64,000 nt of DNA. It comes from Mobula hypostoma (Eukaryota). Positions 40,660 through 52,672 of this stretch are shown here, one piece after another; position 1 is the stretch's first letter; every line of letters begins with the position of its first letter. The position numbers and the translations under genes were made by a program. The DNA is taken from assembly GCF_963921235.1 (NCBI RefSeq), contig NC_086097.1, positions 45,696,001-45,760,000 of the forward strand, written 5' to 3'. The notes beneath the pieces are model-generated. The model ran no database searches. It was not told the DNA's origin and was given only the letters and a program-made list of their open reading frames with translations.

Positions 40660-40990
40660 GATCAACATGATCAATTTGCAACGTGATCCCACCACCATCC
40701 ACACCTTCCCCACCCTGCACCTTCTTGCTTCCCACAGTGGCCACTTCTTCCATAATTCCCCTGTCCACTCATATCTCCTCACCTATTTCTCACCCTTCCC
40801 AAGTACTTTCCCCTGCAGTAACAGGATGCATAACACCTGCACCTATAACTCCTCCCTCACCACCATTCAGGACCCTAAACAACCATTCCAGTGAGGCAGA
40901 GGTTCACGTACATCTGCTCCAAACTTGTTTATTGCATTCGGTACTCTTGATATGTTCCCCTGCACCTTGAGAAAGCCAAGTGCAGATGAG
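40660..40990 (+). mobile_element. Older Penelope ORF fragment
   Basis: LQRDPTTIHTFP...SSLTTIQDPKQPFQ, diverged homolog of 13560-13850. Confidence 0.75.
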
Positions 40991-40994
40991 GACG

Positions 40995-41983
40995 AGGGAA
41001 TCCCACCACTAAGCACATCTTTCCCTCCCCCACTCTCTCTGCATTCCGCAGGGATCGCTCCCTACGCAACTCCCTTGTCCATTCGTCTCCCCCCATCCCT
41101 CCCCACTGATCTCCCTCCTATCACTTATCCGTGTAAGCGGAACAAGTGCTACACATGCCCTTACACTTCCTCCCTTACCACCATTCAGGGCCCCAAACAG
41201 TCCTTCCAGGTGAGGCAACACTTCACCTGTGAGTCGACTGGGGTGATATACTGCGTCCGGTGCTCCCGACGTGGCCTTTTATATATTGGCGAGACCCGAT
41301 GCAGACTGGGAGACCGCTTTGCTGAACACCTACGCTCTGTCCGCCAGAGAAAGCAGGATCTCCCAGTGGCCACACATTTTAATTCCACATCCCATTCCCA
41401 TTCTGACATGTCTATCCACGGCCTCCTCTACTGTAAACATTCCCATTCTGACATGTCTATCCAAGGCCTCCTCTACTGTAAAGATGAAACCACACTCAGG
41501 TTGGAGGAACAACACCTTATATTCTGTCTGGGTAGCCTCCAACCTGATGGCATGAACATCGACTTCTCTAACTTCCGCTAAGGACCCACCTCCCCCTCGT
41601 ACCCCATCTGTTACTTATTTTTATGCACACATTCTTTCTCTCACTCTCCTTTTTCTCCCTCTGTCCCTCTGAATATACCTCTTGCCCATCCTCTGGGTAC
41701 CCCCCCCCCGCCTTGTCTTTCTTCCCGGATCTCCTGTCCCGTGATCCTCTCGTATCCCTTTTGCCTATCACCTGTCCAGCTCTTGGCTCCATCCCTCCCC
41801 CTCCTGTCTTCTCCTATCATTTTGGATCTCTTCGCCCCCCTGCCCCCCAACTTTCAAATCCCTTACTCACTCTTCCTTCAGTTAGTCCTGACAAAGAGCC
41901 TCGGCCTGAAACGTCGACTGCACCTCTTCCTAGAGATGCTGCCTGGCCTGCTGCGTTCACCAGCAACTTTGATGTGTGTTGCT
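40995..41983 (+). mobile_element. 5'-truncated Penelope-like element
   Basis: VIYCVRCSRRGLLYIGETRCRLGDRFAEH GIY-YIG; 3' UTR and tail. Confidence 0.9.
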
Positions 41984-41999
41984 GATTCAAAGAGGGCCC

Positions 42000-44900
42000 T
42001 CTTCATGGTATTCATACATAGCAGTCTTGTTGCACTCCTGTTCTCCTGACCTGTAACATCTAATGATTAAGTGCCATCTGTTCTACTTACCAAGAGAGTT
42101 CTCCTCCATGATCCAGACATTCCTCCATAGGCAAACGCTAAACAAGGACTCGGCCTAGTGAATGCCACAATTAGCAAACAAGAAAGAGCCTACCCCATCT
42201 CCTTTCAAATCATTGTCAGGGACTTCAGTCAAGCTTGTGTGAAGAAATGTCTGTCCAATCATCATCAACATATAACCTGCAGGACTCAAGGTCCCAACAT
42301 ACTCCAAGAGAATATCGGCAGATGCTGAAAATTCAAGCAACACACACACAAACTGCTAGACAAACTGAGCAGGCCAGGCAATGTCTATGGAAAAGACTAA
42401 ACATGCGATATTTCAGGCCGAGACCCTTCATCAGGACATTGCTTCCTACAAAGTAAAACCAAGCAACATATGTGACATCAAGGTTTCGCTCCCATATGAG
42501 CTCCATACCTTTTATGCTCGATTTGACTGACATGGAGCCACCTTCAGAACTCCCACAGACCCCAGCGGCTCTGAGACTGATAGGAGAGCATCTGTCAGGA
42601 GGATGAAACCATGGAAAGCATCTGGCCAGAATGGGGTACCTGGCCAAGTGCTGGTCAACTGGCTGGAGTGTTCACTGACATCTTTAAACTCTCACTTCAG
42701 CAGTCTGAGGTACCCATCTGCTTCAAGCTGGCTTCAATTATACCGGTACCCAATAAGAATGTGGTCACCGAACCCAATGACTATGGCCCAGTGGCACTTC
42801 CATCCACTGTGATGAAGTGCTTTGAGGTTGGTGATGAAACGTGTTAACTCTTGTCTGAGGAGCAACTTGGATCTGCTTCAATATGCCTGCAGTCACAACA
42901 GGTCAACATCAGATGCCATTTCATTGCCTCTCCACTCAACTCTGGAACATTTGGACAGTGAAGATGCATACATCAGGATGCTCTTCATTGGCTACAGCTC
43001 TCATTCAATACTATCATCCCCTCAAAACTAATCAATAAGCTCCAAGACCTAGTTCTCAATACTTCCTTGTGCAATTGGATCCTCAATTTCATCACTTGCA
43101 GACCCCAGTCATTTTGGATTAGCAACAACATTTCTTCCACAGTCTCCAACAAAGGTGCACCACAAAGCCCCCTGCTCTACTTGCTTTATATTTATGACTG
43201 TGAGGCTAAGCACAGCTCCAATGCCATATTCAAGTTTGCTGGCACCACTGTTGTGGCCAAATCAAAGGTGGTGATGAATCAGCAGATAGGAGGGAGATTG
43301 AAAATCTGGCTGAATGGTGCCACACCAACAACCTCTCACTCAGTGTCAGCCAAACCAAAGAGCTGATAATTGACTACAGGAGGAGGAGACCGGTCGTTCA
43401 TTAGACAATCCTCATCAGGGGATCAGAGGTGGACGTTATGTGTGCTGTGTCTGTGCACAACTACACATCAATTAAATAAAAGCACGCACGTGGGAGACGG
43501 CTTTAACTGGTGCATTCGCATTGCGATGAGAGAGAGAGAGAGAGAAACAATAGCGCAAGCGCAGACAACTGATCAATAGGAAGTGCTAACAGGGGGTGGG
43601 GGAGTCATTGCTCTAAAAGAAATAGATCCACACATTACAATGTGTATTCTTAATAAAGATGAACAACATGGATAAAACTAACATATTTATTTACAGTAAT
43701 GGCTCTAACTTATTTCGAGCTTGGGTCTGTGAAGCCACTACAAAAATTCTTTCCACCAGATTAAGCTTTTCACATGCACTCCGACCTAATATTGGCTGTA
43801 CTCCCCTTTTCAACAATCAGTAACCATGCCTTTAGGTGCTGCCTCTTGCTCTTGAAGGTCACTCGACAGCCTCCTTTTACTGGAGCATTCTCTCTAGTGT
43901 AGCCTGTCACTTTTAACTTCACAGGATAAATCTTGCTCTTTACTTTGAGAGTCTTGTAATCATCCACGGATAACAGATTTACCTGGACTCCAGTGTCAAG
44001 CTTGAGTGGAATTTCTATCTCACTCAGAGTCACTAGAACAATCTATTCTGTTTTACCAGGACCCACAGTCTGTAGAGAATCCACAAAGATTTCCTCCATT
44101 TCCACAGCAACCATGAGCACCTTTCTCTTGATAGCCCCAGCTTTGCAACACTTTGCAAAATGATTCTTCTTCCCACAATTATTGCAGGTCTTTCCATAAG
44201 CAGGACACATCTTTGGGATGTGCCTCCCTCCACATTTGCTGCATTTCCTCTTTGCTATGCTGTTGCTTTGGGAAATGCCAGGTACCCTGTCCCCCTGTTT
44301 TCACAATATGCACTGTTGTTTCTGTCCTGAGCAGCTCTTCAGCCTGAGATCGTGTGGTCTCCACTGCCCTACACGTACTCACAGCCTTTTCCAGTATTGA
44401 CTCTTTTTCACAGTGCAGGCTTTCTCTAACTCTATTATCTGGGATTCCACAGACTATCCCACCTTTAACTAGTCAGTGTCTCAAATCTCCAAACTCGCAG
44501 GACTTACTCAGTGTGTGAAGCTCAGCTAAGTATTGGTTGAAGCGAACACCTTGCTTCTACTCACAGGAAAAGAAACATCGAAACATAGAAATCCTACAGC
44601 ACAATACAGGCCCTTTGGCCCACAAAGCTGTGCCGAATATGTCCTTACCTTAGAAATTACCTAGGCTTACCCATAGCCCTCTATTTTTCTAAGCTCCATG
44701 TATCCATTCAGGAGTCTCTCAGAACTTGTATCCCTCAGCTGTGATGTTTTCACTTGTGACAAAATACTCCTCAAATTTTGTCATCAGAGTGTCCAATGTA
44801 AAAGCTATCTCGTCAATTTGAAAACTGTTATAGATGTCCAAAGCACCTTTGCCAATTATGTGTGGAACCATAGAAGCCTTCAATTTTTCCTCTGCCCCTC

Positions 44901-46090
44901 CAGCTCTACTTGCTGCTAAGTATACGTTGAATCACTGTTCGAAACGTTTCCAGCTATCAGTCAGTTTGCTGGTAAACTGCATGGTGTGGAAGGAATTAGC
45001 TTATCCATAACGGGCACTTAGCTGGATTTCTCTTGGTAAATCCAGTAAACTCCTGGACACAATATGTTGCCTTGCCTCACCATAGTCTTTCACCTCACTG
45101 GCCAGCTTCTCCACCATTAGCATCTCCTTCTTGGTCACTTGCAGTATTCATTTACACCCCGTGTTTAGTCTTCACACTGAATTCCGACTCAATAAAGACA
45201 AGCAGTGTGGGTAAGACTGATACATTTTTATTTACAGGGCACTCCAGTAATGATGGCCTCAGCTTGACCTGAGTGTATGCAACCAGCTCCCTAACATCTC
45301 ACTGGGACATAAAGATCTTTATTATGTACCCACATCAACATAGTTAGGAGGGTCAGCAACTCTAAATTCTTCAGTGGTATCATTTCAGAGGATTTGTCCT
45401 GGGTGTAAGTGTCGTTACAAAGGTGGCAGCACCTCTACTTTCTTAGAAGTTTATGAAGACTTGGCATGGCATCTAAAATTCTGACAAACTTTGGTAGATG
45501 AGCAGTGGAGTGTATTCTGACTGGGTGCATCACAGCCTGGTGTGGAAACACCAATGCCCTCGAATGCAATATCCAGCCATAAGTAGTGGATACGGCCCAG
45601 TCCATCACAGGGGAAGCCCTCCCCACCATTGTGCACATCTACATGGAGCGTCGTTGCAGGAAAGCAGCATCCATCATCAGGGACCACCACCATCCAGACC
45701 ATGCTCTCTTCTCACTGCTGCCATCAGAAAATAGGTGCAGGAGCTTCAGGTCACACACCACCAGGTCTCAACCATCAGGAAATCACTTCACTCACCTCAC
45801 TCACTCCAATAATGAAATGATCCTACAATCCATGGATTTACCTTCAAGGACCCTACAACTCATATTCTTGAGAAATATTGTTTATTTGTTTATTATTATT
45901 TTGTTATTTTTCTTTTTGTATTTGCAGTTTGTTGTCTTTGCATATTGGCTGTTCGTCCATCTTTGTTGTTGAGGTTTTTCATTGATTCTATTGTGTTTCT
46001 TGTTACTTACTTAGAAAGCCACAAGTAAGTGAATCTTAGGGTAGTATATGGTGACATATATGTACTTTGATAATAAATTTATTTTGGACT
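42000..46090 (+). mobile_element. Rex1/Babar LINE with deletions, interrupted by a Penelope tail (about 42305-42437) and a Gypsy block (43434-45340)
   Basis: NDYGPVALPSTVMKCFE and [13 protein letters not shown] peptides; GAGGTGGA...GAGGGTCAGCAAC rejoins across the insertion by comparison with 12740-12780. Confidence 0.85.
43434..45340 (-). mobile_element. Ty3/Gypsy remnant: probable 5' LTR (about 45162-45340), gag and protease
   Basis: gag start MDKL at 45008; zinc knuckle CNNCGKKNHFAKCC (about 44145-44190); protease LKLDTGVQVNLL; CR1 tail inserted at about 44580-44720; unrelated LTR-like segment 43434-43695. Confidence 0.8.
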
Positions 46091-46157
46091 GTGACCCACT
46101 GACTTCCTCTAGCAGTTTGCTTTTTGATAACACTGGAACATTCCTATTTCGTTCTGT

Positions 46158-46343
46158 TGTTAACATTCAAACAACAAAGACAAGGTTTTCTTTCATTTAA
46201 ACAACTTTACTTCATCCATTCAAGATCAGTATGCAAGGGCAGTCATCTCTTTTATTACAATCCCACCCCCCCCCCAACCCCTCGCGCACATGCCGAAAGC
46301 AGGGAAAGCGTGTATTGCAACTAAATGCTTACAGAACTCAACA
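46158..46343 (-). repeat. 3' LTR of the Copia element
   Basis: TG...CA ends; direct repeat of 50892-51079; adjacent purine tract AAAATGGGTGAGAGGT on minus (46344-46359). Confidence 0.85.
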
Positions 46344-46569
46344 ACCTCTCACCCATTTTATATATATTAAAAAGCAATTCAAATGACCGTAAGGACATGG
46401 GAATTAGTTCTAACCCCTGATGTTGATAACAGTTCTCAAGATACCAAATGCCTTCACTAAGTGCCTTTAGCTGCACGAGAGCTGGCATTCCCTTCCTTGT
46501 GAGACAGTCAGCTAGTTGTTCCTTTGTAGTTGCACGTGATAAATTTTTTGTGCCTGTATGAGTTCCTTG

Positions 46570-47300
46570 ACACACACACAAAATGCTGGAGGAACTCAGC
46601 AGGCCAGGCAGCATCTATGGAACACAGTACAGTCGACATTTCGGGCCAAGACCCTTCAGCAGGACGAAAGAAAAAGAAGGAAGAGGAGAAGAGTTAAAAG
46701 GTGGGAGGAAGGGAGGGAGAAACACAAGGTGAAACCGTTGGGGGGTGGGGGAGGGTGTGAAGTAAAGAGCTGGGAAGTTGATTAGTGAAAAAAGATACAG
46801 GGCTGGAGAAGAGGGAATCTAATAGGAGAGGACATAAGGCCCTGGAAGAAAGGAAAGGGCGGAGGAGCATCAGAAATAGGCAGGCCAGGAGATAAGGTGT
46901 GAGAGGGAAAAGGAGATGGTGAATGATGATGGAGGGGACGGGCCATGTCCAGAAGTCGATGTTCATGCCATCAGGTCGGAGGCTACCCAGCTGGAATATA
47001 AGGTGTTGTTCCTCCACCCTGAGTGTGGCCTCATTGTGACAGTAGTGTGAGCATGGATAGACATATTGGATTGGGAATGGGAAGTGGAATTAAAATGGGT
47101 GGCCACTGGGAGATCCTGCTTTTTCTGGTGGGTGGAGCGTAGGTGCTTGGCAAAGCGGTCTCCCAATCTAAGTCAGGTCTCACTGATATACAGGAGGCTC
47201 CACCAGGAGTAACAGACTCATAGATGTAGTGTCACCTCACCTGGAAAGACGGTTTGAGACCCTGGGTGGTAGTGAGGGAAGAGGTGTAGGGGCAGGTGGC
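46570..47300 (-). mobile_element. Penelope fragment nested in the Copia RT/RNase H region
   Basis: GDRFAKHLRS and EEQHLIFQLGSLRPDGMNIDF peptides; tail. Confidence 0.85.
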
Positions 47301-48507
47301 CCCTATATCTGTCATGTTTCTTGTGTCCAACCTGAAAGGCTGACTTCAGCTAAAGGATGACTGTTGTGGCAAAATTTTGTGAGCCTTTTGTGAAGTCATC
47401 TACATGACAGCCAAGTACTCCAATCACATAACATTTTGAATTTTGCCAGTAATAACAGCTGGACCCACTTATGACATCTTTCTACCTGTTTTCAACATTA
47501 TTTCCTTTACCTTTTTATACCTGTGGAGTGATGCATCTGCTGAACCATACACACTCTTTGAGATTCCTCAGTGTTCCTTCACCTGGCTTTGGGCCAGGGA
47601 AAGTCCCCAGACTTCAGGGGGTTGAATGTAAATGTCACATGGCAGCTCCATTCCCTGTAAGAATCTGGGAAGTTCCAAGGCTTTTGATATATCACTGAGA
47701 GAACTAGTTGGAACTACTTTGATGCACATGTTGGTGAGTCTTTTCCAAGTTCACCTATGTTCAGTTCCTGAAAAACCCTCTAGCCACCAGGCATGTTTTT
47801 GGTGCAATTCCTGCCGGGGTTTCTTTTGGGATGCACACCCATCTTGTAGACATTGTCCTTTGGCAAATGTCTCTACCTTCATCAAACACTCCATTATTTC
47901 TCCACCTATTGAATTCATCCTGTTTTGCAGATTCAAATGACACCTCCTTAGCTGCTAGGACATCTCCATCTGAACATTTCTCAGATGGTCCAGGTAGATG
48001 TATACGGTTCAATATGAAGTCTGTCTACGTGACATGTCGACTGGCCCTGCGGTGACAGTGACTGTGACTGGTTCCAGAAAATCCAAGTTGTACCGACTTT
48101 TGTTTCTCCAGTGACTTTACCCTGCTTGTCTGAAGACATCAGCTTTGTATGAGATAACCAGTTTTTCCTGTTTTCCTGAAACTTGATTTTGGCTTTGCAC
48201 TTGTGATAATTTCTGTTCAGACAAGTTTGTTGAGTCCCCAGCTGCTCTCTCTTCAGTACTATCAGTGTCAATGTTCAGCAATCCTGTTGGGTCCTCAGCT
48301 GCACTCTCCTCAGCACTGTCCGTGCTATGTGACACTGTATCGAATAAGCGTTTTTAACACGGAGTTCTGATCATCTTTAGTTTGTGCTTTACATTGTCTG
48401 GAATGATGCACTCTCACATACCCATGTCTCACGAACACCACCACTCCATCCTGACCAATGACAACTCCAGGGCCTTTCCAATCTGTACAGTCTGTCTACT
48501 CTTTTGT

Positions 48508-48685
48508 AACACACATAAAAGTTGCTGGTGAACGCAGCAGGCCAGGCAGCATCTCTAGGAAGAGGTGCAGTCAATGTTTCAGGCCAAGACCCTTCGTCAG
48601 GACTAACTGAAGGAAGAGTGAGTAAGGGATTTGAAAGTTGGAGGGGGAGGGGGAGATCCAAAATGATGAGAAAACAGGAGGGGGA
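48508..48685 (-). mobile_element. Penelope tail nested in the Copia integrase C-terminal region
   Basis: Near-identical to 24308-24490. Confidence 0.85.
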
Positions 48686-50870
48686 TCTAAACTTCTTCGG
48701 TGGAGATACTGAAGTGAACAAACAGCAATGGGCCCACTTTGTCCACTGTCTCGTATTTCTCATCTGTAGGACACAGCTGTGCCCTCAGAACTCTCGAATT
48801 CTCTCTGAACACTCTGCTTCAGTGAAAGCCGTCCTTGATGCATGCAGTGCTGAAATATGTTTCCCAACCCACTCACTCCTCGTAATGCCCTCTAGAGCAG
48901 CTGGTCTGACAGCCAGTGCAGAGGGAATGTTTGGATTCTGGCCAAACACAAGTTGATACGGGTTATATCCAAATGCATTGTGCATGGTATTCTTCAGCAT
49001 AAGGGCCCAGTCCGGGGAGATAGTCCAATCACAGCTGTTGCTTTTCTTTACCTTCAGCATTATTTCAGTAAGCATTTGATTGTGTCACTCCAGAAGTTCA
49101 TTACTCCAAGGACTGTATGTCGCTGTTGTCTTTGTTTCAATGTTAAAGTTCTCTGCCACATCTCTGAATTCATCATTATTAAATTCACCACGATTATTAC
49201 CGAATACTTTCCGAAGTGGGCCATGCAGTCTTATCCAGGAATGGAAGAAGTATTTTTACTTTCTGAGGATCTCTTGGTATTTACAATGCTTCCAGCAATG
49301 AAACGTGTGAGCTCGTCAATGATGTGGAGATACCACACTCCTCGCTCCAGTTCACGTAGATCCATGGCTACTGTTTCATTGTATTCAGATGTTAGTGGCA
49401 GACCAAATGCAGGCTTACGCTTGGGATTTCCGAACCTTTGGCATGTCTCACAACTCTCAACTATCTGCTTTAGAATGGAAAAGTAGTCTGCATCTTAGTT
49501 TTCCGAACTCTTGAGTAGTTTCTGAAGTCTATCAGTCGAAGCGTGTCCAAACTTCTTGTGAAGCTTGAGTAACACTTTGCGTTTCTCATCTGGGGTCATG
49601 TTCTCTGTGAGAGTTAATACTTCATTTTCACATTGATTCTCAGTAATGTCTTTATCTAGAATGTTCACACAGTAATGGCCTCACAGCTGGTGAGCTCAAG
49701 AGACACTGGCTGTTGAATCATCATTACTTGGTCATTCTCCATATCCAGTACTTCCCCCCGCTTTCTTTTGGGGAAGTTTTACTCAAGAGTAATGGAATGT
49801 TCACTGGTACCACCTGTTTCGATATAACATTTAGTCTGCCCTATTTTTGTGGGAATTTTCACTCTTTTGGTAGAATGTACAATCTTGCCATCTCCTGCTT
49901 TGAATGCTTTGTAACTGGGTGTACCTGTGTTCGCCAGTTTATGAACTTCATTCTGGTTTAGTGCACTTACATTGCTTTCAAGCTATTTTTCTTCACACAC
50001 TATGCATACCATATCAATAACAGCAGATCCTAGAGATTATATAATCAAAATCTCTGCATCAGATGTTTGCATTAATAAGTGATTCCTTTGCAAACAATGT
50101 GATATGGCACTCTTCTACATCTTCAGATTTGTTATTTTCTTCAGTTAGCCAAACTTGTTCAATTCTACGCAGACAGTTTTTTTCCCCGTAGTAAGTACTT
50201 TGACAAGCCACACATTTCAGTCTCCTGCCATCATTGTTTAATGGAATTATGCCTGGTAATGGTACCCTCATCTGGTCACTCTGGGACCTATGCTGGCTAT
50301 ACTCTCATTTCTTTTCAGTGAACTATGCCTTTTCCTGACTCAAACTAATTCTGACTGTTGTCTTGGCGGCCTTTTCTCCAAAAATCCTCCTGTGCCAATT
50401 CCATAATGTAAATATAACTGTAAATGCAGTTAACGCCAGCTGTCTGTACTTTATGTCTAGACACGCAGTATCCAACCATTTAAAAGCTAGTGCTGTGTCA
50501 GGGAGTTCCATTTTGTATTTACACATGCGGCTGTACTTTTGTTCAAAATCAATCATGTAGTTGGGCATATTTCTACAAGTGCCTCTGGAAAATTTGTCAA
50601 AGTCTGTGTATGCCTCATAAATTTGATCCTTTGCTTCTTTCAAGAAAATGAAGTCAAGTGATTTATTAGCATATTCATACTGTCATCTCTGTTCAAATGT
50701 TCCACCAAAATTCCAATCCGGTCTCTCTCACTGTTCCTGAAAGCAACAGTACAAACACAAGGGCCTGCTTCTTCTTCTCAAGCTCTGTAACATGAGTCCA
50801 TATTCCAATTTCCTTTTTCCAGCTTTCATAAGGCTTGCTCTTGTCAAATGACAGCAGGGTCCTATCATTG

Positions 50871-50890
50871 GAAACCATCCTCTGCTACCA
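50871..50890 (-). promoter_or_regulatory. Primer-binding site complementary to initiator tRNA-Met
   Basis: Plus strand GAAACCATCCTCTGCTACCA equals the 3' 20 nt (with CCA) of vertebrate tRNA-iMet as I recall it; lies 1 nt from the 5' LTR. Confidence 0.9.
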
Positions 50891-50891
50891 T

Positions 50892-51079
50892 TGTTAACGC
50901 TCAAACAACAAACACAAGATTTGCTTTCATTTAAACAACTTTATCCATTCAAGTTCCGTACATGATAACCGCCATCTTCTTTCCCACAATCCCCCACTCC
51001 CCTCACGTGCTTGTCCATAACCGGGGAAGTGCACATGCCAACTAAATGCTTACCCAGCGCAAATGAACAGAACTCAAAA
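50892..51079 (-). repeat. 5' LTR of the Copia element
   Basis: TGTTAACGCTCAAACAACAAACACAAG...AGAACTCAAAA, homologous to 46158-46343. Confidence 0.85.
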
Positions 51080-51749
51080 CCTGTATGTTGTTAGGCTTGC
51101 CTCTTTTGCTCCACTCAGTTTCTCTACGTAACACGGTGCCTGCTTCTCCTCAGCTGACATTGGCATCATGAGTCACCTCCACAGGCTAAGTCATTCCTCG
51201 TGAAGGATTGTTCTCCAGCCAGGCTTTGATCTGGAGAGTAAAGGAGAAAAACAAGAAGTAGCCGAAAGAGTGTAGCTGGGGTCTGAACTGTGTATAAAGG
51301 TAGCACTGGCCCTCATCAGGCTGCACATAAAGGAAATTCCAGCTCCCGTGCAAAAATTTAATTTGCACAGTATCATTAAGCCTATTTTTATTACAGAGTA
51401 TAGAGGGGAGGCGCCCAGGAAAACTGATCCGTACCCTCTTTTCCAAACTTTTGCATCTGTGTAATTAACGTGCCTTGGAGATAAAGATTATGGCAGGACC
51501 GAGTATGTTTAGACATGGGTTCTTTTATTGAGACTTACTTGTTCTTTTGTACAAGTACTTAGGATATGGGAAACACATAGCAGTAGATCACTTGCTCGAA
51601 ATCCAACGGCAGTGTGAAAGTGGAAACATTCATAATCTGTGCGCAGGTTCCCTTTCCTGACCACCTGAGTTTTCAGATCAATCAAGCACTTGTGGAGGTT
51701 GTATGCAAAATGCTCGACTTATTCCCTTTGGCCTTGTTATGATTTTCCC

Positions 51750-52113
51750 TTGCAGATACCAGTCAGTCAGATTGGCAACAACATCTCCTTCGCAATCACC
51801 ATCAGCACAGGAGCACCACAGGGCTGTGTGCTTTGCTCCCTGCTCTACTCACTTTGTATGCATGATGGTAAGGCTAGGTACAGCTCCAATGCCATATTCA
51901 AACTTGCTGACGACTCCACTGTTGTAGCCTGAATCAAAGGCAGTGACGAATTGACGTGCAGGAGTGAGATTGAAAATCTGGTGGGGTCAAGGTCAGCAAA
52001 ACAAAAGAGCTGATCGTTAACTACAGGGGGAAGAAATTGGGGGTCTATGAGTCGGTGCTCATTAGAAGATTAAAGATGGAGGGGGTAAGCAACTTTAAAT
52101 TCCTGGATGTTAT
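51750..52113 (+). mobile_element. Rex1/Babar RT fragment
   Basis: [18 protein letters not shown] and KLADDSTVV peptides. Confidence 0.85.
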
Positions 52114-52537
52114 TGTTATAAACTCATAACTAATTGAAAGAAAAAACCACTTGAACTGGAGGTAACTGGTGTACGTTATGACTTGGTGGCATAAAAACAT
52201 ACGCCATTCATGTACTTTTACATATAACCCCTCATGAATTATGTAAGCAACAAAGAATGCTTAATCAAACTATATATTTATGATATTACTCATATATTAC
52301 TGAAATATTAAATACAAACATTCCTTCCTGGAACTTGAACTTTCAACTCCAAACCATAAACCTAATTGAAGAAAAGCACAGGAGCCCAGGAGAATGTGTA
52401 CACTTTGTTTTTACTTTAGTGTGGCGCTTACTTATAATGTGGTGGGCGTAATGATGTGTGCCATTCACATACTTTTATATATAATCCATAATGAATTATT
52501 GAAAGAAGAAGGAATGCTTCATCAAACAATACATTTA

Positions 52538-52672
52538 CAAACAAGAGAAAATCTGCAGATGCTGAAAATCCAAACAACACACACGAAGTGCTGGAGGAAC
52601 TCAGCAGGCCAGGCAGCATCTATGGAAAAGGGTACAGTCGACGTTTCGGGCCGAGACCCTTCATCAGGACGA
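52538..52672 (-). mobile_element. Penelope tail inserted in the second LTR-like unit
   Basis: Full long-form tail AAACAAGAGAAAATCTGCAGATGCTG...CATCAGGAC. Confidence 0.85.
52637..52670 (-). ncRNA. Minimal hammerhead ribozyme motif with intact core
   Basis: Minus strand GTC-CTGATGA-A-GGG TCTCGG CCC-GAAA-C-GTC-GAC: CUGAnGA and GAAA boxes, GUC cleavage triplet, palindromic ACGU stem III. Confidence 0.7.

Larger units (their letters stand above)
46158..51079 (-). mobile_element. Ty1/Copia LTR retrotransposon, probable GalEa clade, decayed
   Basis: Two LTRs, tRNA-iMet PBS, polypurine tract, TSD TCTGT/CCTGT; order gag (CVACQSTYYGEKNC) - protease (GSAVIDMVC) - integrase (KLHKKFGHAS..CETC..TVAMDL) - RT (KTCLVARGF) - RNase H end (QLADCLTR). 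Confidence 0.88.

Noticed and set aside
50871..50890. tRNA-Met gene
   Set aside because: Only the 3' 20 nt match, including CCA, adjacent to an LTR; this is a primer-binding site, not a cloverleaf.
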